Part shown: positions 55,601-62,387 of the stretch, piece after piece
How the letters are laid out: the number at the start of each line of letters is the position of its first letter
Position numbering within the stretch: the stretch's first letter is position 1
Origin: Clostridia bacterium
GTDB lineage: Bacteria > Bacillota > Clostridia > Christensenellales > DTU072
Assembly: GCA_035381305.1 (NCBI GenBank)
Contig: DAOSYK010000001.1
Coordinates: forward strand, 47,218 to 111,217
Direction: 5' to 3'
Length of the DNA: 64,000 nt
Notes under the pieces: model-generated
The model's database searches: none
What the model was told of the DNA's origin: nothing
The model's input: the letters and a program-made list of their open reading frames with translations, nothing else
Position numbers and translations under genes: made by a program

Positions 55601-58393
55601 CTCTACAAGGCAGAATGGGAACTTGAGACTATCACCGTCAGCGGCGTTGAGGTAGTCAAGCAGCTCCGCGACATATATGATGCGGCAGAAGACTTCGAAT
55701 ACGGACTGGATGCAGAATTTGTCGACGGTATATTCACCCGCTCGGGAAGCAGTCTTAAGATAAGACTTTATGTTCCCGCCGCGGCGTTCAGCGTAATCAA
55801 CTCCGACAGCGCCTACGTAAATATCTGGAAGACCAGACCCAGCTTTGATTTTGTCATAACGGGCAATCTGCCCAAGGTGGAATTTGACGGCAACGGCTAT
55901 ATTATGCCCGGCTTCAATACCGAGCTGATTGAGAGCCTTCCCACCCCGCTCAGAACCGACCATACATTCATGTATTGGCAGGTGGACGGCGAGGAAGGTC
56001 CCATGGTATTCCCGTATCACGTCAAGAAGGACACTACGATTACCGCTGTCTGGTACAAGAACAGCAGGTCGGACAATGAGGCGGGCGACATCCTCGACTA
56101 CGCGCCCAATATGGACGGTCAGGGCAACTTCATATCCTACAGGATTACGGGAATTGCTTCGGGCAACGAAACCGTGTACGTGCCCAACAAAGTAAACTCC
56201 TTGCCTGTTGTGGGCTTTGACCTCGTACCCGGCTCAGCCGACGGCGTCAAGAAGATAGTATTTACCCAGGCGAGCAACTTGTTCGGCATTACCACCAACA
56301 TTTTCAGAGTGTTCACAAACCTCGAATCGGTGGAACTCCTTGACAGCGGCACAAATAATGTCGTCTACAAGGTGCAGAACGGCGCCATGTACTCAATTGA
56401 CGGAAAAGAGCTTATAGCTTACTTCATCCAAAGAGACCCGAACGGCAACGTGAAAACAAGCTTCAGAGTGCCTGAAGGGGTCACAACCATACTGCCCTAT
56501 GCTTTTGTAAACGGCGGCCTCACATCTGTAGAGCTTCCCACAGTCAGCATCAAGACTATCGGCGAGTATGCGTTTGGCGAAGATACTGCATCGATTACTT
56601 TCTACGCCACGCAAACCAATCCTCCCGCGGTGTATATCACCGATGCGACCAGAGAGTCCGTTGAGAATACCGCATGGTATGAGAACGGCGTCGGCGCCTT
56701 GGCTTATACCTACAACGGCGGTACAGCAGGCTATTTCTACGCCTTGGGCAACATCCTTCTTACCTATCACGAGGTTAGCGAGGTAAATATTCTTAACTTA
56801 CCCAATGCCGTAAACGGAATTAACATTACGGTGCTTGCGAGCAATCTGTATGTACCTGATTCGGGTATTGCGCGTACTACGCCTTTCTCGAAGATTGTGC
56901 TCCCCGCGAGCCTGAGGAAAATCAATGCCGCGGCGTTTGCCAACATAAACGCGCTGGACTTTGACGGTGCGGCCGCTGCCAATACACTTGTTGACATAGC
57001 GGACGACGTGTTCAGCGAAACCGATTATTACAGAGCTCCTTCGGGCAACGACAACCTGATCATACTCGGCAAGGTGCTGCTCCTGTACAGAGGCACGGCT
57101 TCCACACTGGACCTTAACACCGATGCAAAGCACAAGGCTATTACCACAATTGCCAGCAAAGCCTTCCAAGGCTCCCAGCTTGTTTCGGTTACATTGCCCG
57201 GTTCGCTTGTCAATATTTCCGATATGGCGTTCTACTCCAGCACACAGCTTAAGACCGTCACGATACCCGCGACGGTAACGAGGATAGGCAACGAGGCGTT
57301 CAAGAACTGTACTGCGCTTACCGGCATTACCTTCGCGGCAAACAGCGCTCTTACCGAAATCGGCGACGGCGCGTTTGAAAGCTGCTATATGCTCGCTTCG
57401 ATTGCTGTACCGTATACGGTGACAAAGATAGGCGATCACGCGTTTGACACCTGCTTTGCCCTCGAAACCGTGACATTTGACAAGCTTTCAGTCACCGTCA
57501 ATCCCGACAACTCCACGACAGTGACAATTGTCGCAAAGAGCTTGCTCACGTCATTGGGAGTAAGCGCCTTTGAATCCTGCACGTCTTTGACCACGATAAG
57601 CATTCCCGACGGAATCACCGAAATCAAAGAAAGCACCTTCAAGGATTGCACAAATCTCGTCTACGTCAAGTTCGACACCGACAAGAGCAAAGTAAAAGTC
57701 ATCGGTAAGCAGGCGTTCTACAACTGCGTATCCTTGGGCGGCACCCTCGATGTCACCGACGTAAACAATGTCAACCTTGTCACAGTAGTGCTTCCCAACG
57801 CTCTTGTAAGAGTGGAGGATGAGGCGTTTGCAAACTGCTCGGGTCTCTACGGCATACAGTTCAATTACAACATAAGGGAAATCGGCAGAGACGTCTTCTC
57901 GGGCGACGTCAAGCTCACCAAGCTGGTCATTTACGCCGATACGCCTCCCACAATCGCTTCCAACGCTCTTACGCGTGAGAAGGGCATGACCGTTCCTTAC
58001 TACCGTCTGCGCATCTACGTCAAGAAAGTCAACAACGACAAGGTCTACAATGACTACAGGACCCTGTGGTCGGCATACAGCTCCAGTATCTACAGAATGG
58101 GCGAGTATCCGTCGCTTACATTCAGATACGTGATGGCTGAAAGCCTTGTTGAAGAGTTTGTTGTACCGCTCAACGAGCGTAAGGACGTTTACGTCAACAA
58201 GGGTCACGAGTTCAGCAACAGAGTCGTTGTTACAAACTGGATATTCTCCAAGGTCGGCGGAGACACTATTGACAGCCGTGTCAACACAGTTCTCGGCAGT
58301 GCCGCTTACCAGAGACAGTACAATTACTCCACAAACACCAATGACATAATCCTCATCATGGATACCGACATTGAGCTGAGAAACGCGCAGTAA
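49652..58393 (+). CDS. Giant (2913 aa) surface lipoprotein: Flg_new repeats plus many BspA-type leucine-rich repeat blocks
   Basis: Start set at ATG 49652, 7 nt after GGAGG. The track start 49433 is an unsupported in-frame extension. Lipobox LTLAGC-E, Cys codon 49739-49741. Flg_new-like units include IAGMVFDCWRN...LIVYASY, FEGYVFVDWFVDG...VLKAKYY and HTFMYWQVDGEE...ITAVWY. Dozens of xAFxGCxxLxxIxLPxxVxxIGxxAF units follow. No LPXTG. Confidence 0.85.
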   Translation: MKFKRVSVKHILSILTVLVVLCTLLTLAGCEQGPNAVAIEVVEDSVPDVATIGSFDLSQLKLRITDETGNTQEIAVTLSMLDTDSRNSLKEPGEKNINVFYKGCATTFNIFLVEEGTQTVSVTFLARDFTQIAKKHTVANGSIEAPQAPSIAGMVFDCWRNKNNSQEASFTNITSDLIVYASYTENAAKYTVTFRDYTNQVIAIYTDIAYNSTIIENGYTAPGWEKPADIESWQWNWNFSTDRVTQNTNINMTVTYKSRTIAFKYVYSTDINNETQFPLTTSATVRIGSVPTDTQLNAAKAELAQQGKQFVSWVNMDAVRTNTSNILFALVQSTNYTVSFTDGSNETASVRSGISYTMPTNYTAKPGYSFDLKWKDAQGNIYNAGQSYVINGNLALTPVYTPEVKNAQFIFSFVGLADPEDESEVLTYQLDRNVYYDDVIRRDYIAGLLDQLKRSHTEVYDYDIDIIKYFGSTVTGNGQKIGIGDNHVFEITCVDVSMGSPGLSFTLDSVRNGYVITGYTPTDSESALNVIIPETYDGLPVIGIADDVFGADVQGVSLTMSISLPDGLLFIGENAFEGVTFSSDVSIPGSLVEMGKEAFLNASGENIKVIFRASVPTSINEIPESAFKNFAGLKEVVLPRNVNIIGDSAFAGCANLTKINLADVQTIGEAAFEGCSALNDIGNLNTVGSVGDYAFAGTALVSVFLPNVSTLGNMVFALTTKLATLSIGTGNESENITFDFANIMGSSVTSLTLGKGVTDITNTISAKYGYTGALNAAAVYAASRLNTINFAKDIAIDVAAFNLFPLMKTITVEAGSAYSVQNFALFQGDALIYYPPCVYGDYTVPATITEIAENALVSANLNKLTLHAGIATVNATNAAMLNVVAMPLSVMETIMGAALGEMTATDILAALDAVFKAGATYYINNFDALEAGEKTEVDILVADESRRFIKDASAVPTHYDATSKLLYTFDKNNIATIIGGDRTASAITIPATINGYTVARLGNGAFSGYAYLETLTINATLANLSGTDIFAGCVSLSSVTLAGLTERNNINYNLFNDTKLYKQRVVIVLAGVPVAYNANYKRTLEGGSEETVTVVTAADLSGATVIPLRFFKDCANLTAIELPSTVTAVMDNAFENCTSLTYINLNNVASVGRYAFRGCTSLETVDIPKAINAQSAQVGSGKLPVGIFYGCSALTTVNMPNVNGFLADANGDSMAFYDCDSLKDVSFLARFTGIIYGKAFYDCDAIESFDISISTITEIRAQAFYGCDSLSYIVLGNVETLGDEAFNQNPPALQSVRIKGTGGIFAKKVAINPDVFPEDVMFYIDANLDAETIGDVLANYSYYRTIEPRISFSVLEGFEIGTNQLGMVPVSTSYMATAPVAPTFEGYVFVDWFVDGVKAAFPRTFYADTVLKAKYYSTSRGSVSGTDLTQYGDGYQLSSYASNDDTSYIPSTYIGNDGIARRIVAINLAAFNGKPITSLVIPEGVLVLNGKLGNTNITSIRIASSVETITAADAFAGNSQLDIVWASGSNLTDAKASAFLGTKWYNEAQLAAARGYNNRFVVAGRMAIKYVAAGTDADKTVVIPGQVIMLADELFKDNTAITTVTLNDNLRIIGNNAFRNATNLATINYESVAANSAVASVNPDYFIGTKWYTNQNQLVIGTMFLKYNGLYAVDNYSIPAHIVTIYRNAFKNAQIKTVTFAGNKVENIGDNAFEGSKLTSITLPASIKQMGKGVFKNCLDLLTANLSGAKVPALPDETFQGCTSLRTLTLGTDSKALGNNSLNNCVALLNLTADGIETSVDPLQSGLSTTAWYKRDPGNDDLHIILGKVYLKYKMGASPVLNNQGLVEVTIPNNVSIISQLAFANISNIGKVTIPASVTVIEANAFFDCSSLIQVVFAGASKLVEIGDNAFRGASNLTDVILPQGLIEIGEYAFEGAALKSVSIPDSVTIIKGHAFENAGLETLVLGKGLIYIGEGAFSENDDLYKAEWELETITVSGVEVVKQLRDIYDAAEDFEYGLDAEFVDGIFTRSGSSLKIRLYVPAAAFSVINSDSAYVNIWKTRPSFDFVITGNLPKVEFDGNGYIMPGFNTELIESLPTPLRTDHTFMYWQVDGEEGPMVFPYHVKKDTTITAVWYKNSRSDNEAGDILDYAPNMDGQGNFISYRITGIASGNETVYVPNKVNSLPVVGFDLVPGSADGVKKIVFTQASNLFGITTNIFRVFTNLESVELLDSGTNNVVYKVQNGAMYSIDGKELIAYFIQRDPNGNVKTSFRVPEGVTTILPYAFVNGGLTSVELPTVSIKTIGEYAFGEDTASITFYATQTNPPAVYITDATRESVENTAWYENGVGALAYTYNGGTAGYFYALGNILLTYHEVSEVNILNLPNAVNGINITVLASNLYVPDSGIARTTPFSKIVLPASLRKINAAAFANINALDFDGAAAANTLVDIADDVFSETDYYRAPSGNDNLIILGKVLLLYRGTASTLDLNTDAKHKAITTIASKAFQGSQLVSVTLPGSLVNISDMAFYSSTQLKTVTIPATVTRIGNEAFKNCTALTGITFAANSALTEIGDGAFESCYMLASIAVPYTVTKIGDHAFDTCFALETVTFDKLSVTVNPDNSTTVTIVAKSLLTSLGVSAFESCTSLTTISIPDGITEIKESTFKDCTNLVYVKFDTDKSKVKVIGKQAFYNCVSLGGTLDVTDVNNVNLVTVVLPNALVRVEDEAFANCSGLYGIQFNYNIREIGRDVFSGDVKLTKLVIYADTPPTIASNALTREKGMTVPYYRLRIYVKKVNNDKVYNDYRTLWSAYSSSIYRMGEYPSLTFRYVMAESLVEEFVVPLNERKDVYVNKGHEFSNRVVVTNWIFSKVGGDTIDSRVNTVLGSAAYQRQYNYSTNTNDIILIMDTDIELRNAQ

Positions 58394-58414
58394 AAACAGC
58401 GGCAAAAAACAGTA

Positions 58415-58447
58415 TAAAAACGGAGCGGATTTTCCGCTCCGTTTTTG
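58415..58447 (+). terminator. Rho-independent terminator after giant gene
   Basis: AAAAACGGAGCGG (58416-58428) / CCGCTCCGTTTTT (58434-58446). Confidence 0.85.
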
Positions 58448-58605
58448 TTATATTCAAGGTTTGAAGGCGTGAAAATACGTGTCAAAACCTCAACCGGAAT
58501 CGGCCTTGTTTTAGGGCTTTTTTAAAGATTTTTCCTATAAAAAATACCCACTTTTTTAAACATAAAAATTCCTCGGAAAAAGTTTAATAAAATTAATCAA
58601 TTTCA

Positions 58606-58634
58606 TTGACATTACTAAACGCAGTATATATAAT
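58606..58634 (+). promoter_or_regulatory. Consensus sigma-A promoter for XRE/cupin regulator and pot operon
   Basis: TTGACA (58606-58611), 17-nt spacer, TATAAT (58629-58634). AT-rich A/T-tract region lies upstream. Confidence 0.6.
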
Positions 58635-58702
58635 ACAAATCAACGCGGTTTAGTGACTGTAATATATAAGTTTGGCAAATATAAACAAATAAGGAGGATG
58701 CC

Positions 58703-59242
58703 ATGGACATCGGAGCCAAAATCAAAGCGATACGTCTTCAGAGAGGCCTTACACAGGAAGAGCTTGCTTTGCGCTGTGAGCTGACCAAAGGATATATAAG
58801 CCAGTTGGAAAATGATCTTGCTTCCCCTTCCATCGCCACGCTTATCGATATACTCAACGTGCTCGGCGTCAGCTTGCAGAACTTTTTTACCGAACCCAAA
58901 AAGGAGAAGATTGTTTTCGGCAAGACCGACTTTTTCCAGAGCGCCAACGGCGACGGAACAAACATCTGGCTTATTCCCAACTCCCAGAAAAACGAAATGG
59001 AGCCCATTATTCTCGACCTGCCCGAGAGCGGAGAGAGCGAAATGAGGATGCCGTTCGAGGGGGAAGAATTCGGATATGTCCTTGAAGGTAAAATCGAAAT
59101 CGAACTCGGCAACGAGAAATACCTCTACAAGGCAAAAAAAGGCGAGGCCTTTTATATTGACGGCAAATATGAGCACAAAATAAGAAATGTAAACAATGGC
59201 AGAAGCCGCCTTATCTGGGTGACGACGCCAAGCAATTTTTAA
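58703..59242 (+). CDS. XRE-family HTH regulator with C-terminal cupin domain (PuuR-like)
   Basis: HTH IRLQRGLTQEELALRCELTKGYISQLEND. Cupin GEEFGYVLEGKIEIELGNEKYLYKAKKGEAFYIDGKYEHKIRN. Confidence 0.85.
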   Translation: MDIGAKIKAIRLQRGLTQEELALRCELTKGYISQLENDLASPSIATLIDILNVLGVSLQNFFTEPKKEKIVFGKTDFFQSANGDGTNIWLIPNSQKNEMEPIILDLPESGESEMRMPFEGEEFGYVLEGKIEIELGNEKYLYKAKKGEAFYIDGKYEHKIRNVNNGRSRLIWVTTPSNF

Positions 59243-59276
59243 CCAACGATAATAAAAGTGGAGGGTATTTGAAAAA

Positions 59277-60758
59277 ATGGTGTCGAACGACAAAATAATC
59301 GAAATCAAAAAGCTCAGCAAGGACTTTGACGGCAAAGCCGCGGTTCGCGACGTCAGTTTTTCCATTAAAAAGGGAGAGTTCGTGACGCTGCTCGGACCAA
59401 GCGGATGCGGAAAAAGCACCATACTGAGAATGATCGCCGGCTTTGAAAAGCCGACCGGCGGGACAATTTACCTCAGCGGACAGGACATTACCGACCTGCC
59501 GCCCCATAAGCGCCCCGTCAACACCGTATTCCAGAAATACGCGCTTTTCCCCCACCTCAATGTTTTCAACAACATTGCTTTCGGGCTTAAGCTTAAGGAA
59601 GTGCCCACGGGCGAGATAATCACCGACAAGAAGACGGGAGAGAAGTACGACAAGATGCGCAAGCTCACCAAGGACGAAATCAACGATAAGGTGAACAGAG
59701 TGCTCAAACTCGTCGACCTCGAAGACTTTGGCTACCGTAACGTAAACAGCCTCAGCGGCGGACAGCAGCAGAGGGTTGCGATAGCAAGAGCTATCGTAAA
59801 CGAGCCCGAAATTCTGCTCCTTGACGAGCCTTTGGGAGCACTCGACCTCAAGATGCGCAAAGACATGCAGATGGAGCTTATGAAGATGCATAAGACCCTC
59901 GGCATCACCTTCATATACGTCACGCACGACCAGGAAGAAGCCCTCACCATGAGCGACACCATAATTGTTATGCGCAACGGCGAAATTCAGCAGATAGGCA
60001 CCGCCCAGAAGATCTATGACGAGCCGGCAAACGCGTTTGTAGCAGACTTTATCGGCGAGAGCAACATCTTCAGCGGCATCATGATTAAAGACCGCGTCGT
60101 TAACTTCTGCGAGCACACGTTTGAGTGTGTGGACACGGGCTTCAAAAAGAACCAGCCTATCGACGTCATCATCCGCCCCGAAGATATCTTTATAATAAAG
60201 GGCGACGAGGAAAAGCTCGCCAAGGCCATGGTGCGCGCCACCGTAAACTCCTGCGTGTTCAAGGGCGACCACTATCAGATAATTTGCACAATCAAGGGTG
60301 AGCAGGAAGAAAACGAGATACTCATTTTCGACAACATTCATTGCAACCCCGGTGAAGTTGTGGGACTCTTTATAAGACCCGACGACATCCATATTATGAA
60401 CAAGTCACGCATTATCAACGAAATCGATACCGAAATGTGGGACGAAGGCGTCGTAGAGATATGCGGCGGCAGGTTTGAATGCGACAGCGACCTTCCCTCG
60501 GGCACCAAAGTACGCGTCAAGATTGACTTTGACGATATCGAGATTTGCGACGACGAGGAAGACGGAATTATCGGCGCAACCGTAGTCAGCACGATATACA
60601 AGGGCAGCTACTACCAGTGCGTCCTGCGCACCGACAACTATTATGACTTCTTCGCCGATACCGACGACGAATGGATGAAGGGTGACCGCGTGGGCATCAA
60701 AGTCGCAAAAGACAAGATCATAATTGAAAAGGTGGAAGTAAGCGAAAATGAAGACTAA
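59277..60758 (+). CDS. potA: Spermidine/putrescine ABC transporter ATP-binding protein, extended form
   Basis: Walker A GPSGCGKST. LSGGQQQRVAIARA. ILLLDEPLGALD. 493 aa because of an insertion of about 24 aa and a duplicated C-terminal regulatory domain. Confidence 0.88.
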   Translation: MVSNDKIIEIKKLSKDFDGKAAVRDVSFSIKKGEFVTLLGPSGCGKSTILRMIAGFEKPTGGTIYLSGQDITDLPPHKRPVNTVFQKYALFPHLNVFNNIAFGLKLKEVPTGEIITDKKTGEKYDKMRKLTKDEINDKVNRVLKLVDLEDFGYRNVNSLSGGQQQRVAIARAIVNEPEILLLDEPLGALDLKMRKDMQMELMKMHKTLGITFIYVTHDQEEALTMSDTIIVMRNGEIQQIGTAQKIYDEPANAFVADFIGESNIFSGIMIKDRVVNFCEHTFECVDTGFKKNQPIDVIIRPEDIFIIKGDEEKLAKAMVRATVNSCVFKGDHYQIICTIKGEQEENEILIFDNIHCNPGEVVGLFIRPDDIHIMNKSRIINEIDTEMWDEGVVEICGGRFECDSDLPSGTKVRVKIDFDDIEICDDEEDGIIGATVVSTIYKGSYYQCVLRTDNYYDFFADTDDEWMKGDRVGIKVAKDKIIIEKVEVSENED

Positions 60759-61569
60759 TGTTTTTACTGCCACCTGGCATAAGATTAAAAACTTCAGGAT
60801 GACGAGGAAGGTCTTCAGCTATCCTTATATCCTCTTTTTGCTCTTGTTTGTGGTAATTCCCATGGCGTTGGTACTTGTTTACGCCTTCCTTGACAGCGAA
60901 AACAGCCTGACCTTTGCAAACTTCATTACCATATTCACAGACGGAGCGAGCATGAAGGTGCTGCTGACGTCCCTTCTTGTGGGCGTAGTCACCACGGTGA
61001 TATGCTTTATCATAGGCTATCCCGTCGCGTATATTCTGAGCCGCAGAAAGTCGGGCAAAACGCTGGTACTTCTGTTCGTGCTTCCGATGTGGGTAAACTT
61101 CCTGATCAGGACGCTCGCGACAAAAGCTATTTTCATAGCGCTCGATATTGAACTCGGTATGGGCACGGTGCTCTTTGGCATGGTGTACAACTACCTGCCC
61201 TTTATGATACTTCCTTTGCATACCGTTCTTTCCAACATCGACAAGTCGTACGAGGAAGCGGCAAGAGACCTCGGCGCCGACGGCCTTACGTTGTTTATCA
61301 AGTCGACGCTCCCCTTGAGCATTCCCGGAATAATCAGCGGAATTACCATGGTGTTCATCCCGACCATAAGCACTTTAGCGATAAGCCAACTGCTCAGCGA
61401 CTACACGATATTCCTTTTCGGCGACAGCATTCAGACCAAGTTCAACAACAACCTGTACGGCGTGGGAAGCGTAATGAGCCTAATAATGCTCATATTCGTA
61501 CTGGTCAGCAACTTCTTCATGAACAAGGTCAGCGTCAAGCAGGAGAGAGGAGGGAATAACTTATGGTAA
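60748..61569 (+). CDS. potB: Spermidine/putrescine ABC transporter permease
   Basis: 273 aa, six TM helices. EAA loop YEEAARDLGADGLTLFIKSTLPLSIPG. Confidence 0.85.
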   Translation: MKTNVFTATWHKIKNFRMTRKVFSYPYILFLLLFVVIPMALVLVYAFLDSENSLTFANFITIFTDGASMKVLLTSLLVGVVTTVICFIIGYPVAYILSRRKSGKTLVLLFVLPMWVNFLIRTLATKAIFIALDIELGMGTVLFGMVYNYLPFMILPLHTVLSNIDKSYEEAARDLGADGLTLFIKSTLPLSIPGIISGITMVFIPTISTLAISQLLSDYTIFLFGDSIQTKFNNNLYGVGSVMSLIMLIFVLVSNFFMNKVSVKQERGGNNLW

Positions 61570-62387
61570 AAAAGATTTTAAAAAGCGGATACCTCGGGTT
61601 GGTTCTCGCGCTCCTTTACGCGCCCATAATTCTGATTATCGTCTTCTCTTTCAGCAACTCCGCCACATTCACTTTTGAAGAAGGCTTCACTCTGGAGGCG
61701 TACAGATCGATATTCACATCGGAAAAGACGCCCGAATTGCTTCTTGCGATAAAAAACACCTTCCTCATCGCGATTATTTCCAGCGTCGCGGCGACCATTC
61801 TCGGAAGCATAGCGAGCATAGGCATATTCAGCCTCGGAAAACGCTCAAGAAGGGTAATCGAGGGCGTAAACCAGCTCCCGATAATAAACAGCGAAATAGT
61901 CATGGCAGTCAGCCTTATGCTGTTCTTTGTCACCTTCAAGTTCCCTGCGGGATATGTCAGAATAATCCTCGGACACATAACGTTCTGCACGCCTTACGTT
62001 GTGCTCAGCGTAATGCCAAGGCTCACGCAGATGGACCCCAACATTTACGAAGCCGCGCTTGACCTCGGCGCAAGCCCGTCAAAGGCGCTGATTAAGGTGC
62101 TCATTCCCATGCTCGTGCCCGGCATTATCAGCGGATTTGTGTTAAGCTTTACGCTCAGTATGGATGACTTTATCATCACGCAGATAAACAAAGGCGCAGC
62201 TACGGGTATAAACACGCTTTCCACCTATATCTACGAGGACGCGAGGCTGAAAGGTCTAAGCCCCTTCTGGTTTGCCATATTCAGCATTATATTCGTCGTA
62301 GTATTGGGACTTGTGCTTCTCATGAACTTAAGAAAAACGGGGGATCAATCCATTCCCGCCAAAGGGGGACAAGATGCAGTCAAGTAA
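61563..62387 (+). CDS. potC: Spermidine/putrescine ABC transporter permease
   Basis: 274 aa. EAA loop YEAALDLGASPSKALIKVLIPMLVPG. Confidence 0.85.
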   Translation: MVKKILKSGYLGLVLALLYAPIILIIVFSFSNSATFTFEEGFTLEAYRSIFTSEKTPELLLAIKNTFLIAIISSVAATILGSIASIGIFSLGKRSRRVIEGVNQLPIINSEIVMAVSLMLFFVTFKFPAGYVRIILGHITFCTPYVVLSVMPRLTQMDPNIYEAALDLGASPSKALIKVLIPMLVPGIISGFVLSFTLSMDDFIITQINKGAATGINTLSTYIYEDARLKGLSPFWFAIFSIIFVVVLGLVLLMNLRKTGDQSIPAKGGQDAVK

